Source: a virus (taxonomy: Duplodnaviria; Caudoviricetes). From it: a DNA stretch of 54,011 nt. Position numbers and translations under genes: made by a program. Position 1 is the stretch's first letter. Each line of letters begins with the position of its first letter. The stretch covers positions 1 to 54,011 of the IMG/VR virus record IMGVR_UViG_3300033145_000425. One strand, written 5' to 3'. The notes under the pieces were generated by a model that had not been told where the DNA came from, ran no database searches, and saw only the letters and a program-made list of their open reading frames with translations. Positions 47,461 through 54,011 of the stretch are shown one piece after another.

Positions 47461-48762
47461 TCATTCAGGACTTGTAAACACACCCTTGCTTACACTGTAT
47501 GGTATGACTTCAAGACCGAGGGCTTTGAGGAACTGTCTTGCGTGTGGTGATAGAACCTTTACAGGTGCATCATTTTTAATACATACAACTGTTTCTCCAT
47601 CCTCATCCTCATACGCCCGCATCACCACGCCATTCCGTGTAACCGTGCATTTGTCCTCCCAAAACTTCAGGACTTCGGCTTCGGTTGCGTGGCGTTCGAT
47701 ATTAGAAAGGTTCGCAGACTTACCATTGGCAAAGAAGGCAATATTACCTTCCACTTTACTTATTTCACGTAATTCATTTGGTGAATTATCAGGATAGCCA
47801 GCCATCACTATATCCCCAACCTTGTACTCTGGCTTGGCTGGCTCGACTATCCAACGAGGGTCTATCCAATTTTCATCAGCAAAAATAACAGCCTCTTTAG
47901 TATGTTTAGACATGAAATAATCACATGGAACAGGGTTGCGATATTCACCTGTAAATACCCACTTTTCCTTCTCACTACTTAATGCCAACTCAATAACCTC
48001 ACCCTTGACGTGCTCTGGCTCGACTATCCATTTTGCAATATCTTTAAGAGACCAGGAGTAAATCTTACCCTTGACATGCTCTGGCTTGGCTGGTTTGGCT
48101 GGCTCAAACTCATGGGTGCAGTCATCACATTCGTGGATACTCCAATCTTTACTTGCCTTCTCCGGTCCACCCACTATGCGGACAAATTCGAGGATGGGAT
48201 GTTTAACTGCATCACACACATAATAGCGAGCATAACCATCGTTAACATCATAAGAATATTTGTTTTCGGGGCTGCTATACTCACCGGTAAACTTAAATAT
48301 TGCCTTCTCACCTACTGTACAACCTAAAATTCTGCTTACAGAACAACTGCATTTACACTCAATCTCCTCACCCTTCATCCGTGCGATGCAATCCCCGAAC
48401 CAAGCATCATAGCCCCTGTCTATGATTTGCTCCAATAGGGCGACTTGGGCGACTTCGCATGTGTGGAAAGCGGGGAAATCTTTCTGCCCTTGCGAATAAC
48501 AGGCATCACGCCATGATTGGTTGCATATACTGAGGTTATTGTGCTCATACAAAGGACAAAGTGTATTGCTTTGGCATGTGTTTCCTATAGCATGACAATT
48601 ACTCTCAGTTGTGTTAAAAATACTGCATAATGCACAAGCATCATCGGTAAGTTTAAAGTTCTGATATGTCTTCTCTGTCCTGCTTGCCCCATCCACATGA
48701 TGATTAAGAGCATTTATCGCCCCCTCTTTCCACACTTCCTCGGTGATGTCAAATACTGTCAT
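47461..48762 (-). CDS. Mosaic hypothetical protein with a Cys-rich N-domain and repeated linkers
   Basis: CALC...CPL; repeated EPAKPE, EHVKG and FTGEY. Confidence 0.55.
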   Translation of the reverse strand: MTVFDITEEVWKEGAINALNHHVDGASRTEKTYQNFKLTDDACALCSIFNTTESNCHAIGNTCQSNTLCPLYEHNNLSICNQSWRDACYSQGQKDFPAFHTCEVAQVALLEQIIDRGYDAWFGDCIARMKGEEIECKCSCSVSRILGCTVGEKAIFKFTGEYSSPENKYSYDVNDGYARYYVCDAVKHPILEFVRIVGGPEKASKDWSIHECDDCTHEFEPAKPAKPEHVKGKIYSWSLKDIAKWIVEPEHVKGEVIELALSSEKEKWVFTGEYRNPVPCDYFMSKHTKEAVIFADENWIDPRWIVEPAKPEYKVGDIVMAGYPDNSPNELREISKVEGNIAFFANGKSANLSNIERHATEAEVLKFWEDKCTVTRNGVVMRAYEDEDGETVVCIKNDAPVKVLSPHARQFLKALGLEVIPYSVSKGVFTSPE

Positions 48763-49241
48763 GGTGATCCCCTTTCGTTTTCACAGGGTAAAAACTCTGT
48801 GATAGTCTCATATATTTCATCTTTCTCTGCGTTCATTAAAACCTTAGTATCATGGTCTTTATATCGCTGGGGCGTCCAGGCCGCATAATCTTGATTATAT
48901 TCAAGGGCTGAAGCGCTTTCTACAAAAAATATATGTCCTCTTTCTACCACTGTTTCAAAAATACCCTGCCCATGTTCAATAATACTATTTATATCATAGC
49001 TGTTGATTTTACTTTCCGGTACACTGGCTACATGAAACCAATCCCACCCATTTTCACTATATTCCCACTTGTTTGCATGGGAAATATGAACAAACTTATT
49101 GCCACAATTTTCCCTTAAGTCATGTTGCTCAAACCCAACAAGCTCATTATGAAAATAAAGCATAAAGTATGTCTCGCGGAGTGAAAAATATTCAGTATAA
49201 TATTTATCATAATAATATTTTGGATAAAGTTTCTTTTTCAT
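48759..49241 (-). CDS. Hypothetical protein
   Basis: 160-aa ORF with ATGA overlap. Confidence 0.5.
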   Translation of the reverse strand: MKKKLYPKYYYDKYYTEYFSLRETYFMLYFHNELVGFEQHDLRENCGNKFVHISHANKWEYSENGWDWFHVASVPESKINSYDINSIIEHGQGIFETVVERGHIFFVESASALEYNQDYAAWTPQRYKDHDTKVLMNAEKDEIYETITEFLPCENERGSP

Positions 49242-49316
49242 CGTTTTCCTTGCCCTGAGCGGGCATAAAATTCTGTGTGCGGTGTATATTCTTCGTAGGT
49301 TTGTCTCGTCTGGTAT

Positions 49317-49347
49317 ATAATATTGGATACACCCTCATTCTTGTCAA
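49317..49347 (-). promoter_or_regulatory. Candidate promoter for middle genes
   Basis: TTGACA with AATATT (17-nt spacer) or TATTAT (19-nt spacer). Confidence 0.45.
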
Positions 49348-49384
49348 GTAAAATTTTCATTCTCCCTTATCCCTTACCACATCG

Positions 49385-49521
49385 CTATTTGAAACCGCAA
49401 TCCCATTCCCACTTAAAGAGGCAATATCTCGAGGTGTGGCAAAATGCAACACTCACACTTGAAAAGCCCTATTTAAAACCAGCCACTTGAAGAGGCTATT
49501 TGAAGACCCCTATTTGAAGAC
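49385..49521. repeat. Cluster of seven YAYTTRAA direct repeats around a 17-bp palindrome
   Basis: CTATTTRAA x4 and CACTTRAA x3 in non-coding DNA. Confidence 0.6.
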
Positions 49522-49790
49522 AGACTATTGTAGCCGGAATTCGGACGGACAAACCGGGAAACGATTGAGTATTACACTACCACAATATAAGCGGTGTCAG
49601 CCATCCCCTGCCCTATTTTACATAGCAGAAGCATAATATGTCCATAAACGTCCATAGCTCCATCATAGAGACATTATTAGCCATTATTGGTGGGTTACTA
49701 TGTCCGGTGTCCCGATATGCTGTGCTGTACCCGTGCTATGCCCCTGGCAATGTGGATTAATGTATTGTGTTTGACATTGTGCAATGGGCA

Positions 49791-49820
49791 ATAAAAAGCC
49801 CGGACAAACATCACCCGGGC
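49791..49820 (-). terminator. Intrinsic terminator of the early operon
   Basis: GCCCGGG...TCCGGGC stem followed by TTTTTAT. Confidence 0.7.
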
Positions 49821-49927
49821 AGTTTACCCTTATTTATATGTGTTATGTTCAATCTCCTTTCGGTAACATCGGCAAGCAAAGGCCGATAAATAGAATTATG
49901 ATCACAATAATAATATGTGTCAACTGG

Positions 49928-50191
49928 TTATACCTCCTCTGCTTTGGTTAATGCTTCTTTTGCTGTTTGAACTGCTTTTTCATCATGACTTTGGAAAGCG
50001 ATTGCCTGTAACGCCTCAACAAGCTCGTCATGCAGGTTGACACAATGGACTATGTGTTCACGATACGCTTTAACCTTTGCTAAATTTGCATTTCTTATGA
50101 CACAAATTGGGTGATTGTTAGCATCATATATTTCGCTATGATGTTCAGTGTAATTTGTTACGGTAAATGGCGGTGTCGGTGTGTGTTTCAT
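49928..50191 (-). CDS. Hypothetical early protein
   Basis: MKHTPTP...HIVHCVNLHDELVEALQ, a common phage early-protein pattern. Confidence 0.6.
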   Translation of the reverse strand: MKHTPTPPFTVTNYTEHHSEIYDANNHPICVIRNANLAKVKAYREHIVHCVNLHDELVEALQAIAFQSHDEKAVQTAKEALTKAEEV

Positions 50192-50436
50192 TTGCTTGCC
50201 TCACTTTCTGCCTTTCTCTTATATAATTCCGGGTCCATAACCCACTTTTGCCGGTACTTTGGATTGCCACCGTGTTTAGTATTGAAATGAATCTGACATT
50301 CAATGAGTGTCATTCCCATACGGCCGTCAGTTGAAAGTACCTCTATTTTTTGTTTAGGAAAGCTATACCACCTTGGTATTTCAAATGTTACGCCGTCCCA
50401 TATAAGCTTTTGCCCTTTGTGAAAAGGTGACTTCAT
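50188..50436 (-). CDS. Hypothetical early protein flanked by 23-bp direct repeats
   Basis: Repeats at 50187-50209 and 50432-50454. Confidence 0.55.
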   Translation of the reverse strand: MKSPFHKGQKLIWDGVTFEIPRWYSFPKQKIEVLSTDGRMGMTLIECQIHFNTKHGGNPKYRQKWVMDPELYKRKAESEASK

Positions 50437-50452
50437 TTGCTTGCCTCACTTT

Positions 50453-50635
50453 CTACTTTTTATACTGTTCAGCGGTTACCATGATCGAAAAGTTAAATCC
50501 ATTGCGGTAAAAGCTTGTTTCAAATAGTGCGAATTGTTTTGCGTTTTGAAATGTTTTGCTCCAATTATGGATATTAATATCATCAAGGCCATTAATCATA
50601 ATAGCGTGTATCTCATGCAACTCTTTACTAATCAT
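50453..50635 (-). CDS. Hypothetical early protein
   Basis: ORF with RBS. Confidence 0.45.
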   Translation of the reverse strand: MISKELHEIHAIMINGLDDINIHNWSKTFQNAKQFALFETSFYRNGFNFSIMVTAEQYKK

Positions 50636-50639
50636 TGTC

Positions 50640-50984
50640 TTACCCTTTGGTTAAATAGTGTATGGCTATAGTCTGTGCGTCCATGCAAAGTAACTGGAAA
50701 CTACTCTGTGCCCGCCACAGACTGATTGTTTTCTTTAACAAGCCGATTGCCCAGAAGTATGCTGCCTCTTCACAATTTTGATTGATACGGTCTGCAATTT
50801 CTTGAGTTGTTATCTTAACGGCCCCTTTCATGGGTTGGTTATAATTAATTAATGCAAGTACTGCATTATACTTCTTTTCCTCTTTTTTTAAACATTCATT
50901 ACAAAGCCACTCATGAAACCACCGTGTTAATTCATCAATATCTTTTTGAAGTTCTTTTTTGCATTTACTACATTTACTTATCAT
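50640..50984 (-). CDS. Zinc-finger early protein
   Basis: CSKC...CNEC. Confidence 0.5.
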   Translation of the reverse strand: MISKCSKCKKELQKDIDELTRWFHEWLCNECLKKEEKKYNAVLALINYNQPMKGAVKITTQEIADRINQNCEEAAYFWAIGLLKKTISLWRAQSSFQLLCMDAQTIAIHYLTKG

Positions 50985-50996
50985 TGTACTTCCCTT

Positions 50997-51182
50997 TCAT
51001 AGAAGATTTATTTCATCATTTTTTATTGACAGTAGCCGGTACAGGTGTTCTCTTTTCTCCTGGTCCTCTGCCGTGACCGTAAATGGCTCACCCGCATCAT
51101 CAAAGAATGTGCGTGATGTGCCATTGTAACGGCTTGTTTTGAAGTATAGATAACACTGTTTTAATAGCTCTTTGTCAGTCAT
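50997..51182 (-). CDS. Hypothetical early protein (start revised to MTDKELL)
   Basis: ATGA overlap with the upstream small ORF. Confidence 0.55.
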   Translation of the reverse strand: MTDKELLKQCYLYFKTSRYNGTSRTFFDDAGEPFTVTAEDQEKREHLYRLLSIKNDEINLL

Positions 51183-51298
51183 ACTACACCGCCTTTCATG
51201 TTCAATACTCCGGTTATAATGTATGATATTAAGTGTATGCTGATATATAGCCAGGCAAAGCAGAGAAAACAAAGCCCGGTAAATGTCTTTAATGGCAT
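51179..51298 (-). CDS. 39-aa membrane peptide, not in the ORF track
   Basis: GGAGGT RBS; MPLKTFTGLCFLCFAWLYISIHLISYIITGVLNMKGGVV*. Confidence 0.5.
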   Translation of the reverse strand: MPLKTFTGLCFLCFAWLYISIHLISYIITGVLNMKGGVV

Positions 51299-51462
51299 AC
51301 TACCTCCATGGATTTATGTGAACTTAATTTATGTAATTCTTGTACTCTTTTAATTGATAAGCTCATCCCTTGTGATATTTCTTCATAAGTCCAGCCCCGT
51401 GTAAAATAAAGAATATCAAATAAATCCTGACGGATATTGTAATTCTTTATTATTTTACTCAT
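51289..51462 (-). CDS. 57-aa HTH protein (sigma70 region-4-like), first gene of the early operon; not in the ORF track
   Basis: AAGGAGGT RBS; ...LYFTRGWTYEEISQGMSLSIKRVQEL... Confidence 0.7.
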   Translation of the reverse strand: MSKIIKNYNIRQDLFDILYFTRGWTYEEISQGMSLSIKRVQELHKLSSHKSMEVVCH

Positions 51463-51501
51463 GTCAACCTCCTTGTATAGTGTTTATTCAATGTACACGT
51501 A

Positions 51502-51530
51502 AATATACAGTATAATATTGCACTTGTCAA
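51502..51530 (-). promoter_or_regulatory. Strong early sigma70 promoter
   Basis: TTGACA-17 nt-TATATT. Confidence 0.8.
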
Positions 51531-52148
51531 GTACTTTCTTTAACTATTATACATGTTTAGAGAAATAATCATAGTAGTAGTTATGTAAGGAATAACACAT
51601 GGTCAGCAGTTGTCAGACAACTAAAACAACAATGTGCACTATATATGGGAGGTACGAAGTAACAGGTCTTTTTAATTATTGTTCTCTAAATAGAACAGAA
51701 CGTTCTCTATAGTGATCAGCAAAATAGACTCTATATTATACTTTTACTATGCAACAGGGCAGGGAATAGAGGTGTATATCGTTACACTATTATTATTGCG
51801 TATAATATACATTATGTAAACTTAGCCCCTGGTGATCCTTATTCTATCAGCCTCCCTCCTATTATTAGTTTATTACACTTGGGTCAATTCCGCTTTTTTA
51901 TAATAAGCCCCTATGGAGTCCCACTTATCTACTGTTCACTTTCCCGTTTTTCCGACTTCCGGGGTAAAACCAGTATTAAAAGGGTAAGTGGTTTTGGGAT
52001 TAAGTTCAATAATATGTTCATTTATTTTTAGAATCTACCAGAAAGGTCTTGACAGAGAGCATTTTGAGGATTAGCTTATCAGCAGGAAACGCGAAAAAAG
52101 GTTTTTAAAAGTCAGCTTCTATTTATAATATATGGATGTTATTGGGCA

Positions 52149-52182
52149 ATAAAGATGGGCACCCGGTTAAGAGTGCCCTTTT
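52149..52182. terminator. Possibly bidirectional terminator ending the late/lysis operon
   Basis: GGGCAC..GTGCCC stem, with TTTT on the plus side and ATCTTTATT on the minus side. Confidence 0.55.
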
Positions 52183-52234
52183 GGCGTTAATTGAACGGAT
52201 TAGGGTATTTGGCTCCCATCTATACCTCCTTTGT

Positions 52235-52450
52235 TTAAACTGTGCCCTTCGGCGTTGCTGCGCCTTCTGTAGGTGACTCCGGTTTTTTTGGATTGAGTAG
52301 CTGGTCTATTATGTATATCTGGTTCTCAATCCCGTTGAGTTCCATCTGTGCTCTGCGCTGCAGGTCATCCCGGGCGTCAATGAGTTCTTCGCGTTTGGCT
52401 TTCATGCGGTCTTCCATGGAGGGTTCTGGTGTTGCTACAGGTTTGGTCAT
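52235..52450 (-). CDS. Hypothetical coiled-coil protein
   Basis: GGAGG RBS. Confidence 0.55.
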   Translation of the reverse strand: MTKPVATPEPSMEDRMKAKREELIDARDDLQRRAQMELNGIENQIYIIDQLLNPKKPESPTEGAATPKGTV

Positions 52451-52461
52451 TACTGCCCTCC

Positions 52462-52776
52462 TTACTTATTATCGCTGTGGAGGCCGTTAAACAGGCCATC
52501 TTTAATTGCCGAGAAGATATTATCGAGTAGGTCTACTACGAAGGGTTCGATAGTTTTATTCCATGCGCTACGTGTCCATCTCCATTTTGACAAACCCACA
52601 GTACAAGCCACCCCCGCGGTGTAACAGATGCCATATATGGGCTTATACACCCACTTGTTGTCGATGCGCTTAAGTATGTATCCGAGTAAAATCAGGCCGA
52701 TACCGGCGCCAATACCCTGTGGAGTGATTATGAGTGCTCCTGCGGCCTTTAATGCGCCGATGATTGTTGTTAACAT
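52462..52776 (-). CDS. Membrane protein, holin candidate
   Basis: Hydrophobic segments; start revised to MLTTIIG after AGGAG; near the endolysin. Confidence 0.5.
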   Translation of the reverse strand: MLTTIIGALKAAGALIITPQGIGAGIGLILLGYILKRIDNKWVYKPIYGICYTAGVACTVGLSKWRWTRSAWNKTIEPFVVDLLDNIFSAIKDGLFNGLHSDNK

Positions 52777-52787
52777 GATGTGTCTCC

Positions 52788-52967
52788 TTATTGAGGTGTT
52801 TTGTTGGTAGCGTAGATTGTAATATATGTGGGAGTGTCCTGAACTGTTACCCAACCTGTTCCAAAGCAGCCGTTACACGTTTCAATACGAATCATACTGT
52901 CGGTTGCCCATGTCCTGTCAGCATTCCCGGTTCCGCCACATATCGGACATTTCTCTGCGTGTGCCAC
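52788..52967 (-). CDS. DnaJ-type zinc-finger mini-protein (59 aa), not in the ORF track
   Basis: CPICGGTG...CNGCFGTG; GTG start with GGAG RBS. Confidence 0.65.
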   Translation of the reverse strand: MAHAEKCPICGGTGNADRTWATDSMIRIETCNGCFGTGWVTVQDTPTYITIYATNKTPQ

Positions 52968-52981
52968 AGTGTGTCTCCCTA

Positions 52982-53146
52982 TTAGTCTGTTAATGAGGAT
53001 AAATCAGAAATAAGTATTGCCCCGTGGCATAACTTCCCGTCCAGTACCCATACTCCAGTGACTGCTGTCCTAAATACTTGTATAACAGTCACCTCAATAT
53101 TATACTCCGCCCATAATACTTTATCCCAGATATTGAGCGTGCTCAT
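52982..53146 (-). CDS. Small beta protein (54 aa; possibly YodC/DUF2158-like), not in the ORF track
   Basis: AAGGAGG RBS; MSTLNIWDKVLW...VTGVWVLDGKL. Confidence 0.5.
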   Translation of the reverse strand: MSTLNIWDKVLWAEYNIEVTVIQVFRTAVTGVWVLDGKLCHGAILISDLSSLTD

Positions 53147-53161
53147 ACCGCCCTCCTTGGT

Positions 53162-53554
53162 TTATCCCTGCCACCGTGCTGGAATCCCCGGTCGGAGGTC
53201 GAGGTGGACAAAGGATTTGTAGTAGCCAATGCCGCCCCAATCGTTTATAAGGGCGACTCTATATATACTCAGAAGGCGTTTAGCGAACCCGGTACCCCAT
53301 GATGGGCGTATATCCGTGGCATATATCATATGCTGGGAGTTTTCCGAGCCGCCGACTTCCTCGTTATGGTTGTAGCATCGGTAGCCGGAGTTGATAATCA
53401 AGGCGAACCCGAGTTTCTGGCGTATCTGTTCGAGTTTTTCCATGTGATCAAAGAACCGCGGCGTGGGCTTCAGAGCGTCGCAGCATGGGCATTTACATTT
53501 TTCAAAACTAAAATGCTCGGTTATGTAGTCGATTTTGCTTGACAAGATGGACAT
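53162..53554 (-). CDS. Endolysin, peptidase M15A family
   Basis: INSGYRC..HN..VGG..NSQH...A.DI; GIG.Y..FVHLD.R. Confidence 0.9.
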   Translation of the reverse strand: MSILSSKIDYITEHFSFEKCKCPCCDALKPTPRFFDHMEKLEQIRQKLGFALIINSGYRCYNHNEEVGGSENSQHMIYATDIRPSWGTGFAKRLLSIYRVALINDWGGIGYYKSFVHLDLRPGIPARWQG

Positions 53555-53647
53555 ATATGATTACCTTTCGTTTTCCTTTCAATTAATGTACCTGTCCGCA
53601 GGAGTAAGGAGGCGTAAGCCGGCCGATAACCCTGCGGGCTTTTTTTA

Positions 53648-53923
53648 TTACCGGGTGTAGAGAACGTAGGGCATATGGTGTTCTATGAATATCCCGTCCA
53701 AATGTACCCATACAAAGCCGTCGGCAATGGTGACATAGCTGGCTGACACCACGGCGCCGGAACTGTGCTGGACAACGGCATGTACCTCACAGTCCAAATT
53801 ACTCCTAACCTTAAAAGTGTGAAAATCTATGGCATTCTCGTTCTGAATCTCCCCAGTTTGGTACTGTCCTACGCAGGAACAGAATACCAAGCAAATCAAT
53901 ACTACCAAAATTCGTAAATTCAT
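53648..53923 (-). CDS. Lipoprotein/secreted protein
   Basis: Signal-like MNLRILVVLICLVFCSC; AAGGAGG RBS. Confidence 0.55.
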   Translation of the reverse strand: MNLRILVVLICLVFCSCVGQYQTGEIQNENAIDFHTFKVRSNLDCEVHAVVQHSSGAVVSASYVTIADGFVWVHLDGIFIEHHMPYVLYTR

Positions 53924-54011
53924 TGTGCCCTCCTTATGTACCAAAGTCTGTTATTATACCACCTGTTACGGTAACCGTGTTGCTATTGTTATCTTCAAAA
54001 CTTCCCGTCTG
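53898..54011. repeat. Terminal direct repeat, copy 2
   Basis: Identical to 1-114. Confidence 0.97.

Noticed and set aside
49385-49521. CRISPR or mini-array
   Set aside because: Repeats are only 8-12 bp with irregular short gaps; no cas genes
26-53542. Plus-strand ORFs in the track (e.g. 10970-11773, 36926-37525)
   Set aside because: They are antisense shadows of well-supported minus-strand genes and have no recognisable motifs

Overview
The window is an apparently complete, circularly permuted ~53.9 kb dsDNA tailed-phage genome: bases 1-114 are repeated exactly at 53898-54011. It looks siphovirus-like, with a tape measure protein, lambda-like M/L/K/J tail tip, -1 frameshifted tail chaperones and no sheath. 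Essentially all credible genes are on the minus strand. In transcription order they are: small early genes, YqaJ/RecT recombination, DUF5131, RuvC-like resolvase, an HNH-disrupted DNA methyltransferase, replication initiator and loader, TerS/TerL, portal, scaffold/protease, decoration protein, major capsid, an ~11.2 kb 13-gene glycan synthesis/modification cluster, neck and tail genes, then lysis genes. No integrase, repressor cassette, DNA polymerase, reverse transcriptase or CRISPR array was recognised. The best candidate for an undescribed system is the glyco-cluster wedged between the major capsid gene and the head-tail adaptor. It encodes Gmd, an Rmd-like SDR, a GT2 pair, DUF115/Maf-like domains, a radical SAM enzyme, five methyltransferase domains and a transferase-GT-methyltransferase tri-domain enzyme, which suggests self-made, methylated virion glycans. 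Other oddities are a pseudoknot/attenuator plus coupled leader peptide ahead of the replication initiator, a tRNA-like RNA with a replaced anticodon arm, a tail-tip J gene apparently split mid-FN3 domain by a ~3 kb gene block, and an HNH cassette that duplicated the methylase N-terminus. All family assignments come from motif recognition by eye; no database search was run.
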